Part shown: piece by piece, positions 27,901 through 40,019 of the stretch
Layout: the number at the start of each line of letters is the position of its first letter
Numbering within the stretch: the first letter of the stretch is position 1
Assembly (NCBI RefSeq): GCF_001186125.1
Contig: NW_014040507.1
Location: forward strand, 120,774-184,773
Source of the DNA: Sphaeroforma arctica JP610
Taxonomy: Eukaryota
Direction of reading: 5' to 3'
Length of the DNA stretch: 64,000 bases
Translations under genes and position numbers: made by a program
The notes under the pieces: model-generated
Database searches by the model: none
The model's input: only the letters and a program-made list of their open reading frames with translations
Told to the model about the DNA's origin: nothing

Positions 27901-28294
27901 AGGAGGGAGACTTGTTCTACACCGACCACTCGGAACACATACTCAAGAACCCCTATGTATCACGCATACTCACGCTGCCAAATGTTATACTCACGAGTCA
28001 TATGGTAGGTCCCGCTTCATTCCGTTTCAAGGATGCACATAGTTTAATTTATTGCGTTTCAAGTCAGAATACTTTTCGTTGTTTTGAGTGCTCACTCGAC
28101 TTATCTTTGTTTGCGTTTCACAACGGGGTTACTGCTTATGTGGAGTATTCTTCACCCGTTCTTTTTGCCTGCAGAGTTTCCTCACACAAGAGGCGCTGTC
28201 GAATATTGCCGAGACGACGATGTTCAACATAGGCGAATTCGCGGATGGCAAGCGCATGCACGAGCTGACTAATTCTGTGTTACCGAAGGACTAG
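24929..28294 (+). CDS. ldhA: NAD-dependent D-lactate dehydrogenase (LdhA-like D-2-hydroxyacid dehydrogenase). Exons about 24929-25065, 25457-25540, 26470-26597, 26769-26907, 27129-27271, 27466-27569, 27767-28004, 28175-28294; start exon unresolved
   Basis: Spliced product contains [63 protein letters not shown] and PNVILTSH. Catalytic R/E/H are intact. Confidence 0.92.
25675..26469 (+). repeat. 33-35-bp minisatellite, over 20 copies, filling most of a D-LDH intron
   Basis: Unit about tatacctcgttgttttgacatcttaaacctctggt, with no unique spacers. Confidence 0.95.
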
Positions 28295-29167
28295 CTGCGC
28301 ATGCTGGAGTAGACAATACAATCGCCCATGGTGAAGCAAGATTAGTTGGAGACGTCTTGTGCCTGGGGCGTTGAGACGTTTGGATTATCGTTTGGAGTGG
28401 TGATACTACGGCTGACTTCGATACTTGTTAATTTAGATACGTCCAATGAGTGCCACGTTAGACTTTCTCCCATACGTGATAACAACTAGTCGAGCGTGAA
28501 ATATATGCTGGCGACACCCTGCGACTGCTACCGCTTTGCGCGAAATGATATCATTATCAACATAGCGTAGTAATTGCACCGGGAACAACATTACAATGCA
28601 ATCCACCAGTAACAGAGCATCCGTTACTACACAAATTCATTCACACGAGAGGCACATACAGTGCTGCCACCAAAGCGGATTAAATACAGATGTTGGTGGA
28701 AGTAATGGTGCGGCAGAGGTAGGCTTCTAGTAGGAAAAAATGTACAAAACTTAAAGAGTTAACCTATTCGACCTTGAAATATTTAAAAAAACTTTATGTT
28801 TGCTTTATTGGTCTAACTGTACCGTGCTAGAGGTTATCATACAACATAGCTATTTCAAGACTTGACTGAACTCTGTTTCAATCCAAGTGAGCTCGCCTTT
28901 TTCACGACGTTTCTGATGCGTGGTTTGCAACTAGAATTCACTCACACCCGCTCACGGTGAAACACGTAAACATTCAAGGCATCACAAAGAACCACCAACT
29001 AGTTTCAGATTAAATAGACCTATGTTATCCGCTCTAAATACTTTATTCTAATTTGTTTTTTGTACCTACTGCTTTGCTTGATTTACTTAATCTAATTTAC
29101 TTTACATCATACGTCTGCCTGCTGAATGCTGTTAGTTCCCAAGCATCTAAGCCCTGTTTCTTAGCCC

Positions 29168-32100
29168 CTACTCTTCCCTAGGGGCACTGATACCTGTTTC
29201 CTCCACTCTATCCCGTTCGACATCCGGATCCGCATCGCCTGCAGCTTCTCCTACCTTAGGGGTTAACCAGAGCTTGCGCAACCGTGTCGCCAGATCGTCA
29301 GCTTCTGTTATCGGGTCATTTTGTACCGAACTTTCCTTGACTTTCGTCGGGAAATTGTAAGGCACAACCGTGTAAGCTTTTTTAGACACGCTGTCGTGCA
29401 GAAGAGTCCCCCAGTGCGGATCGCATGCCAGCACAAAGGGGTTCCCCACAACTATCAGCAGCGCCTTAGCTCGCGACGTGGCGACGTTGAACCGCTTGGG
29501 ATTCGCCAGGAACCCTATCTTGTACTTCTGGTCTGACATGATATAGTCCTTGCTAGACCGGGTGCATGAGATGATGATTACTCGACACTCCTGGCCCTGG
29601 AACATCTCCGTGGTACCCACACGCACCTTCTGCAGATTGCGTGTGCGCAGCAATCGCTCGAGCTTCTGGCGTTGTTTGGCGTAGGGTGTGATGATGCCGA
29701 TCTGATGCGGCTGTGTGCGATTTTTCTTGGTGTCCAGAATCTTCTTCACATAATCCAGAACAACCATACACTCGTCCGCATTGAACCACGAGGGACTGTC
29801 GGCTTCTCGACGGTCTTTCCCCGCTACACCGTGGAAGATCGGCGGCACCTGTTTGTTGGGCAGCCATTCCCAGTCCACAAAAGCTGCAGACTCGGCCTTA
29901 CTCGCTTTGGCGATCAATTCGTTGTCGTAGAACAGCTTGTGTGCTCAAGCAGGTATACGTGTGCTCGATAGTTGTGTGCTAGTTTGGTGATATGTATAGA
30001 GGGTTGTATCCCAACGTACTCTGTGCCGGTGAATTGTGTATCGGCGAGAGTGCGGAGTCTTCCTCTGAGTAGGGTTCAGCTATGCTTATGCCCTCTGGAT
30101 TGCACTCGTATTCGACATCAGTTGCACAAGCGCAGGTACCCCATGGCTGAGTGCTCGACTCTCTCTCCACAGTGGCCTTGCGCTTGGAGTATTGCGGTAG
30201 CCTCATCAGTCTCTCAAGCATAGACACAGACAGGCCATACTCACTCGCCTCATACGAGTGCAATACGGGTCCCAACTGCAAGGGATCTCCTGCCAGCACC
30301 ACAGTAGTATATCTATCCGCTAATGTCGACAGCGGTGCCAGTAAATCGGGCTCGGTAGCCTGCCCACGCTCGAAGCCATAGTTGAACATCTTGGCCGCAG
30401 TCATCAACGAGGCCACGACCACAGTGTAGCTCTGCAAGTCTCTCAGTGATCTTGGCTCATATCCCGCCCCATCAGGTCTGTAGTGACAGTACCCGCCCAC
30501 CACAGCCGAAACGGCCTTGGGGTTGCGAGTGAAGGCCATGTGTCGGAAGAGCTGGGACTTGTTCAGGGCTGCCAAGCGCTCGGTGATCACATCGCACGCC
30601 ACATTTGTGGGTGCGGTTACCAGCACTCGGCGAGGCTCAGTCGTTGCAGTACCCTTCGCCAATTGTAGAATCGCTTCCACCAACGTCGTGGTTTTGCCTG
30701 TGCATCATTTTGTTGATAGAGAAGGTTGGTTGGTGTCAAACATAGCCAACGACGTAGAATGGGCCCCACAATAGGTTCACGATACCAAATAAAACTGACT
30801 GATGACAACCAATTTAATTAAACTTGGGAACACACAGCAACTCAGAAACGGACACACACCCTGCCACATACCTGTGCCAGGAGGACCAAATACAATCATG
30901 GGCGATAGCCGGCATCTCCCGCGCAGTATACTGCACACAGCAGCTTTCTGCGGCTCATTCAAGTTTCTGTTGATGAAGTACGAGTCATCGCTTGCCTCGA
31001 TTGGCGGTGTGCTGCCGTATTCGTCGTCATCTGCTAATTCCGGAAGAGGGAAGATCAGATATGGTATGTTGTTTGCTTTTGTTACGCCCTGATAGCCTAG
31101 TCGCACTACCCCTCTCCCAGCCACGAACCGGACATCAACCTTCGCACCGGTAAGGCATAGATTCGCCATTTTAAACATGTCTATGTCTATGTCTTCTAAG
31201 TGTACTTGCATGACCCTGCCCTCATCCACCTTGCCCGCGAATAGCACTTGCACTATATCCCCTCGTAGCACAGACGGCGTGTTTTCAGCCAAACCCGGCA
31301 TTCTGAGTTTGTACAGTTTGTTGTGGGCTTTCAACACCTAGTCGGACATGTCGTAGGAGTGTAAGTTCTCAATCTGTCGCTTCTCCTCAGCAAACAAAAG
31401 CGCACGGAACAGCTCCTTATACCATCGCGCATGCTCTTCCTCTGTATGTGACCAGTCCTGACACCCCTGCGGCAGCGAGAAGCAGTGCAGCAGCCCCTCC
31501 AACGTGTTGCTCACGTCCACAGCGGTCATGCTACGCCACGACTGTGGCAGGGGATACGGGTGCGTGTGATTGAACATCTTTAGTTTGCCCTCGAGACTCT
31601 GTTTGGGTACCTTTACAGACGGCAAATGTTGGTTCCATACACTGGATCGTTCCTCCCGTTTGGTTTTGTACTGTTGTCTGTCATATCCGGTTGACGGCGA
31701 CAACATGTCGATTGTCTCCAACGACCCAAAGCGCGCGGCGAGGAAACGACTGATTGTGAATTGCGAATCTACATCGGCGTCCACCTGCGCATAAGTGAAA
31801 TGCATTCTCATGAGAGATAGCCGTAGCAGATAGTCGAAATGGCCATTGCAGAAATATGCAGCACTCAGACTCATGTATACGCGCTGGTCATGCCTCAGTA
31901 CGGCCATTCAAGTAACATCACAAACATCACATCAATACCACTCATATATGACACAGACAGCTATCAGGATAATGGGCAGTTAGTGGTGAAAATCAGGACG
32001 ACCTGAGTGCGACTGACTGATACGTTGCACAACGCTTGTTGCTGTGACGGATCGTTGTTGCTTGCACTGTAAATGACACATTTACTGCTCCGAGTTGCGA

Positions 32101-32945
32101 CAACACAAGTAATTCACAGGTATACTATTGTTAAGAGTTTCACAGGCATGATGTTGTTAGCAGGAGATGGTTGCTTGCGATAATGAGGTTCGCGAATTTC
32201 GACACCATTCGATTACCAAATGCCGCTCTTAGTACACCACACTTGATTGACATAAACTGTCTACGATATACCCATTCCAATATGACAATGCACAAGCCCC
32301 ACTACACGCACCCCATACCTGGAACGCGAAGCTCACTATATCTCGGCACACACCGAAGTGCGGGCTCGTGCACTCCACAACCAGATCTAAGTTCTGGGTC
32401 CCCGGCCTGATCTGCATCGGCATTGTCGTTGGAACGCTGAAAGCGGTCTCGGGCACATCAGAGAGGAACGCATAGCTCAACAGGGTGTACTGAACACTTG
32501 GGTCAACGTTAGTCATCCCCACAACCACCTTCATAGTACTACCGGGTGGCTGGATAGCCTCAAACTCCACCGGATCCATCAGCAGAGCGCCCTGGTTGCT
32601 CTCCAGTACTAGGCGACTCTCGTGCACCTGTTTGATCACTCGTCGGACTGCCAGGCTATGTGTAGCAGCTAGACTGTGTGATGTACCGGCCTTGCCCTTT
32701 TCCGTCTTACGCGTGCCCTTTTTTTTCTCAACCGGTGCCGCATATGTGTCATAGTTGCTCATATATGTTGACGCCAGTGTCACCATCGTCACTATTGTCA
32801 TCAGATAACAAGTTGGCATACAAGATGATATCATTGTCCAGAATCTTCACCTCTCGCTGACGTTTTAGTGCATCTAAAACCCCTCGCGGACTCACAGTGA
32901 AGGCTCCTGGGGGCTGATACTCGGACTGTGTGTTTCGCCACGACC
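29168..32945 (-). pseudogene. MOV10: MOV10/SDE3/Armitage-like SF1 RNA helicase, disrupted
   Basis: Motifs: [86 protein letters not shown]. Lesions: in-frame TAG at 31338-31340, frameshifts near 32760, 29990 and 29940, and motif II absent (GFERGQATEP). Confidence 0.9.
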
Positions 32946-33654
32946 TAAAGTGTATGGCAAAAGTCTGCGCACGGGATTAAAAATGTAGGCAGTCCAGGGT
33001 CAGAAAGTTGGTGTGCACGAAGTCATAGTAGCAAAATGCAGGGCTCGTGATCCATATATTAAGTGTCGATATAATCACTGACAGTGACTTAAGGGGGCGA
33101 GGTGTTTCACTATATTGCAATCAATGTGTAGGGTTGAACGGTACGAAAGTGGTGGAAAAGTGCGACTTACACAGCATATTGCAGGTTGAAACGCTTTCCG
33201 ATGCACACGGGTAAGCCTGTACTGTAGAAGAGCATTGTAACATTGCAACAAGTGGCACAGAAATCACCAACTGCTGCAGCAAATCAACGTGATACACCAT
33301 ACATAGGTATATGACGAGCAAGAATGCCCACACTTCCGGAGGTTGTCAGACTTGACAAGTCGGATCGAAAGCAAATACCAATGCAAACACACACAGCCGA
33401 CAATGGCTCATGAGAACATGGCCGCACATGACAACTCATCAGAGAGTGTTGACAGTCGAGTGGGAGGCACTGGCTGGGATCAAGCTGTGCAGAATGGCAT
33501 TCGTGGCGAGTACGCTAAGGTGGAGCGCAACGCCAATTCAATGCTCTGTGCGGCAAATACATGCACTTGTAAACAGTATACACACATCCACACTTAATAC
33601 AGGGCCATAGGAATATAAGAATGCACACCCAAACCCAAACGCTAGACTTTTTAA

Positions 33655-36270
33655 CTAACACACCTTGAGATCCTGATACAGCAGCCTCGTATCGTCATCA
33701 GCGTCCTGCAGCATGGCAAAGAACATATCGGCCACCACCTGCGCGTCCTTATTGACGCGGTCCATCTGCACGGCATGCTCCGCCTCTCTCGCCTCTCTTT
33801 CTTGCTTATCGCGCATGTCCTTAGCCGACAAGACACCCCCACCGTCGCCTGGGTGGGTGGCAGCAACGGTGGTGTGACTCTTCTTGCACTTGCGCCACAT
33901 CCCCGGGGTCTTTAGTGCGTGCGCATGCTGGGCGTTGTACACAGCTACGGCACTCTGCACGTTCTGCGCCGCACAGTCTACCAGCTGGCGAGGTAACGGG
34001 CGCCTTCGCCACGTTGTGGGGGTGTGCTGGATACTCCCAAGTATGGTGTTCGCCCTACCGGCCCAATACATGCTTACGGCGTTCATGTCCTCTCTATACG
34101 CGATGTTCTGCAGAATGATATGCGTCGTCTGCGTGTCGTATACGTTCGCCATGACCAGATTGTATTGGTCGTGGAGCACATGCATGTGTTCGCGACTGTC
34201 ATGCACAACCTTCACAATGGCTGTGTGCGTTCTCAGTTCCTTCAGCGTAGTTACGTGGGTCAGCAAATCCGCGCACGACAGCACATCGAACACGATAGTC
34301 TTGTCGTCCTCCGACCCGTCGACTTGCACGAGAGAAACGAGCTCACGTCCCGAAGAGTGTGTGTAGTGTTCGGTGCAGAATCCCACCAAACTAGTACGGC
34401 TCAGCTCGCGCTGGGTGAACACTTGGTTGCAATGCTGCACAGTCTGCACATACACCACATTCCCATCACTCGCGACACTACCCCTGTGGCCTGTGTACTC
34501 AGAATCCCTCCCGCGATCCCCGTAGTTGTGCACCGACTGATTTTTGGACCGGCCCTTTCGGTGGTGAGTGTGGCTGGGCTGGTTGTTGTGGTTGCCATTC
34601 GCATACTGTCTGTTGTGGTTGCCATTCGCATACTGTCTGTTGTGGTTGCCATTCTCATACTGTCTGTTGTGGTTGTGTTGAGCATCGTAGGTATTGTGGG
34701 GCGTGTTGTTGCGTTGCTTGTTGGTGTACTGTGTGCGATTGTGCCGAGGATTGCCCTGTGGCCCATTGTGGTAGCCTGCATTGCCGAACTGTGTATCATC
34801 GAATGCATGGTATGGCAGTCGATTGCTCGGATTTCTATTGTTGTACGGTGCTCTGCTGCAATCCTGTCCGCCATACCTACCGTTGTAGTCGTTATCGTAA
34901 GGTTGACCGTTGCCACGGGGTGAGTTATTGCTGTAGTTTCGCTGTGAACTAATATTAGCATCACGATTGGGATTGTTGGTACGTCCTCCATAGGCCTGGT
35001 GGCTGTTCTGCGGTGTGTACCCTCTGTTGTCGTGTGCACCGTAGCACTGGTCATCGTACTGTTGTCTTCGATTGTATCGACGACTGTCGTACTGTATAGG
35101 GTTGTGTGGCATGTAGTTCTGGTGGTTTGATCGTGCATATGTGTGGTTGTCGTATCCCCCATAGCCCTGATTGCCGTGCATTTGTGCATTGTTGGGACGT
35201 GCATACGTGTCATAGCCATTGGTGCCGTAGTTCTGACCGCCGTACCGTTGTGCGTTGTGCTGCCGTGGGTCGTCGTACTGACTGTTATCGTATGCATGAT
35301 CATACTGCTGGTTGCCATGGTAATGTGCAGCAGACTGCCGGGGATTGTTGTACTGGTCGCGTCCATCACACCCGTATGCTGCAGTATCCCGCCTCTCATA
35401 TTTCTCTTGATCCTGACGTTGCGCGCCATGATCACGTGTGTTGCTACCATACATACGCGTAGAAGGCGGTCTCCCATATCCGCCTCTTGTATTATGGCTT
35501 TGAGATCCCCTCCCTCTGTGCGAACTGCTTGTACCTTGCCCTTGTCTAGGGTCCAGAGGTCAATAGCTGTCGTCGCCATACTGTGGCGATTGCGTGCGAG
35601 AGTGTGTCTGATTGCGTGCATATGTGGAGTTATGTGCCATTTTCGTGTGGCTACCACTACTATCTGGTGTTTTATCATAGTATCCTGATGACTTGGGAGG
35701 CCATGTATTATCCTCAGTGTCGTCTATCGTGTGCCTGTTACTACTTTCTGGTGTTCTATCATAGTGCCCCGATGATTTTGGTGGCCATGTATCATCCTCA
35801 ATGTCGTCTATCGTATTGCAAATACTGCTATCTGGCGTCCTATCATAGTATCCCGATGACTTGGGAGGCCATGTATCGTCATCTATATCATCTTGACCTG
35901 TTTTACATTCCTGATCGTTCGTATGTGCGTACTGGATGCTATTGCTGTCATGGGTGTCCTCTAATGTGTGACTATCTATTTTATCTGGTTTTTCATCGTA
36001 ATACCCCGATGACTCAGGAGGCCATGTTTAGTTATCTATTTCCTCCTTACTGCCAATGTGTGCTTCAGATTTGTTCTCATTCGTGCTTATATTAAGGCTA
36101 GACTGTCGACCATTACAGTACACACGTGCGGTAGAACTATCACATGAGCTGGTTTCATTCTCTACCACATTGTCATCGGGGCTGGCACTCTCGTTGTAGT
36201 CACCCGATGACTTCGGAATGGTGCTCTCCTCGTCAGCGTCTGAAGCCGATTTCAAAGGTGAGTGCGACAT
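33655..36270 (-). pseudogene. EXD1/Egalitarian-like DEDDy 3'-5' exonuclease domain (catalytic residues lost), preceded by a W-containing repeat region and an N/Y/G/Q/H-rich prion-like region; two in-frame stops
   Basis: ORFs 36028-36270 and 33655-35454 are one frame, broken by TAA 36028-36030 and TGA 35560-35562. Domain motifs: SLVGFCTE, VSLVQV, VFDV, VKVVHDSREH, NVYDTQTTH, WRRRPLP..CAAQNV. Confidence 0.8.
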
Positions 36271-36574
36271 GCTTCAAGTCTCCCAGTGGCAACAACGGCA
36301 TCTCGCAGTTGTAAGTGGGTACCGTATTCCTCTTTCATAAACTCAAAAAAATATGAATATAAAGATATAAATATTCGATTTCAGAGAGGTTATGATATGT
36401 AGCGTTTCAGATTCTCTTGGGTTTAGGGTTTGTGCGTGATTTAGTGTTCTATTTTCAGGCGGCTGTAGTTTCATCTGAGTTTCGCACACACTAGTCACTA
36501 CTACACACTAGGGGTTGGATAAGGGTAAATCTGCTGTATGTCCAATGTAGCATATCAATATATAAGAGTTTAGG

Positions 36575-38589
36575 ATGCTCCTTTGCAAAAACAAACTGAG
36601 AAGGCTGTTCGTCAGTACTCTCTTGGGGGTTGCATTCTTCTTCTTCCTTTATCTATGCAGACGGTTGGATGTCGATGAGACCCCTCCGTATACACAGCAA
36701 ATAAAAGATGCGCTGAAGGGATGGGGTGCATTTGCATCTGACCTCGATGCAGACTACCAGAGTAGATATATCAGCGGGGAGAGCTTCCCGGGTGTGTAGT
36801 TAGACTCTTTTTCGGATACCAATACAGTAATAGGGTCAAGAAATATTACTTATGCATCGGACAACGATAAACCAAACTCGTACAACACTACAGCAGCTTA
36901 AGACAGTGATATATCTCTCTTTAAAAATGAAAAGAAAGCGTTAAGCACAAATGCATTGGCTCCAAAGAAAGCCAAAAGCAATAAGGTGTGGGTACGATAT
37001 ACTCCCAATCCTCTCGTGGTACTATATACACCGTCACCAAGGCAACCAGGAACGAGCGCAAGTCCCAGCAAGACCCCACTAAAGGCACTCGCAGAATACA
37101 AAGATCGCCTGCTAACATGCGACCAGGTTGAAATAATCAAAGTGAATGAACTAGCCGCACCCGCAACCAAGCTTGCCAGTGACATACGAGAGCGCGATGC
37201 TAGGACACCGAAAGGGTACCCGTCTATTATCGATGCAGATTATAGCGAAAAGTGTGGTATCTTCCACGGTAGTAACAGAACAAGAATAGATGCATACGAC
37301 TTCTCTGATCATAATGATATAGACCTAAAAAATACCAGTACTGGGTCTATCCACGCAATAGTGCTCCTACTTGCAGGAGATAGCGCTGCACGGATGGGTA
37401 TAGCGCTCGTACAATCATTGCACAATGTCAACACCTGTCCTGGTATTGACATTGTCGCAGCTTTAGTGGTAGGCGGAGTGGGTAGTGAGGAATGTAAAAG
37501 GACAGGCAAGACGAAGTGCTCATCGCTATCACCTACCGCCTTTAGTGATGTATGTCGCTTACCTACTTAAAGGCCTTATCATCCATGGGAGTCAGGTTCA
37601 GATTACTGCCCCAGTTTGTGTCCAGAACGGCGCAGATACCTGGCGGTTCCCAGACGTTTTGGTGCATGTCCTTTAATAAACTGGGCCTATTTCAGTGGAC
37701 AGAGTATAAGAAAATCGTGTATCTAGATGCGGATATGATATTTTTGAAGAATGTCGACTACTTGTTGTACTACCCGATGTTTACAGGGTCTATGACACAG
37801 TGCTGCGACCGGCACGAGAACATGAAGCCCAGCGGTGGTCTGTGGATTATAGAGCCATCATACAACCTATACGATTTGGCCAGGGTATTCACCAATGAGC
37901 ACGACATGAGCCATGACGACGGGTACAACACGGGCTCATCCGAATGGAAGTTCAGTGACATGCAGGTGATAAGCATGATGTTTGGCAAGGGCAGGAAGGT
38001 GGACAGTCAGGCAGCACGCTCGTTGGTATTCCCAGAGAGTGCCGATTCGCGGCAGAATATACGAGCCCTCTTAGCGCTGTGGAGCGACGAGAGAGAAAAA
38101 CGCGTGTCCAACTGGAGACCTCTAGACAATGATTTAGCGCTCGCAGGCCCGTGGGATCTGACTACCATGCCGCTGGATGTGGATGAGGAGTACTGGTACA
38201 GGGCCAGCACACACGACCGCAACCACTTTGACGATATCGCCGATAGACTGCAGATGCCGCAGGAGCGAGGGCGTGTGTGGCATGCACTCAATGAGTCGTA
38301 CGACTGGGTGGCCATGCAGTGTGCCTGCATACCCTCACACGATCGGGGTCATGACTGGTTTATCAGCGTACACCTGACATGTCTTACGTTTAACAAACCG
38401 GGACAGTTCAGGACGCTGCCCGAGTTACGCTATGCGGTAGCGGGAAACGAGACCAAAATTCCCGAGTGTATGAAGTATTACCTGAATATGTGGCTGGACC
38501 TGTATGAGCAGGGCATGGGTAACTTGAAAAGGACCATTTGGTGGCAGGAGGAAGACCCGGAGACTACCTACAAGGGCCCGTGGGATTAG
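36575..38589 (+). pseudogene. Type II membrane GT8 (glycogenin-like) glycosyltransferase, apparently intronless and disrupted
   Basis: N-terminal TM anchor, FNKLGLFQWTEYKKIVYLDAD (DxD) and HLTC...KP. In-frame stops at 36797 and 36898, and a frame change near 37550. Confidence 0.75.
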
Positions 38590-38849
38590 CTGGATTTTGC
38601 ACAACAACAGTGCAGCACTGTTGTAGTATCAGTATTCGAATATAGCAGAACGTCAGAACCACGCGGTTCATTCAGGACAAGATTGCATTCGATTTTGAAG
38701 TACGGTACTCAAAAATATATAGTATTTAGTATATGAATACATGTGACAATCTTTTCGTTCTTTCATGACATGATTTTCTCACCTATGATATCAAAGAATA
38801 TCCACCACAGACACTTTTTTTCGCCCTCAAAACAGTTATATATGGGAGT

Positions 38850-38897
38850 TATATATATATATATATGTGTGTGGTGTGGTGTGGTGTGTGTGTGTGT

Positions 38898-38928
<31 letters not shown>

Positions 38929-38984
38929 GTTGTGTGTGTGTGTGTGTGTGTAGTATAGTATATATATATATATATATGTATGTG

Positions 38985-39050
<66 letters not shown>
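38850..39050. repeat. (TA)n/(TG)n microsatellite block
   Basis: Directly visible. Confidence 0.95.
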
Positions 39051-39053
<3 letters not shown>

Positions 39054-40019
39054 TGTTATGTATATGTACGTGACTGACATGTAGAGCCATGGCAAGTTAG
39101 TATATTAATGCCACAGGAATTTATGGACGAACATTAGACCACCAGATGTATGTATATGTACGTGATTGGCTAGTTGAGTCATGAACATTCAGTACTGTCA
39201 TAAATATCGGTACTCTCAGCGCCCACCAACGGCATATCGCGAAATTCAAAACAATTTCACACATGTGACATGAAAATAATTACATAAACAAACACTATCG
39301 CAATCTTTGCGGCCTGTTTGAGGTAACTGGATTATATTAACTTCTAACGATGTGTCATGTTTAACGCTGACAAGTGACAACTAATATATGCAGCAGATTA
39401 CTATGCTGAAAAACTGAAAATATGATTAACGGCTAACGATGTGTTTAGCGCCTACAAGTGAAAACTATTAAATGCAGCAGATAACTACGCTGAGAACTCA
39501 AGAATCCTCGCGCTGTAAGTAAATGCGACATCAAATAGAAGTAACTTCCAAGTGGGTGCTATGTACATGTTTATTCACAAATAAATCGTCTTAATTGCGC
39601 AAGTATGGGCGCACTATTACTTTGGTTCTGCTTTGATATCTACAATGGTAGTATGACTTCGTCAGCACCGATATGAGCGCTTCTATTGTCCGTGCCGCCA
39701 AACATTAGGAGTATCGGGTTGTAGGTTTGTATTGTATGTGTGTGTAGTGGTTTGTACATAAGGAATCGCCAGCAAAATCCCAGCAGTATCATACATTTAT
39801 TCTAATATTCTTAAATAGGCCACGTGGACATGCTCAAGCTGCATATGGTGCACCCCTGTGTGGATCCGTCCGCCTGTGACAACTGGCACAAGCGCAGCAC
39901 TTCGGCCTTGGATCGCTCCTCACGATAGTCACTCCCCTCATGCGCACACACTAGGCCCAACTTTGATGGTAAACGATATATACGAGGAAGCAAAACGATA
40001 GGTTAAGAGAAGGAGGACA

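Noticed and set aside
1315..32945. UPF1 and the MOV10-like helicase as a recent tandem duplication or functional cluster
   Set aside because: They belong to anciently separated SF1 subfamilies with different intron patterns, and unrelated genes lie between them. Proximity alone is not evidence.
34024..35688. Long overlapping ORFs (425 aa alternative frame; 299 and 181 aa antisense)
   Set aside because: Shadow frames of a low-complexity coding region, with no recognisable motifs.
29168..38589. Alternative genetic code or programmed readthrough explaining the in-frame stops
   Set aside because: TAA, TAG and TGA all occur, alongside frameshifts and a motif deletion. The intact genes end normally at TAG.
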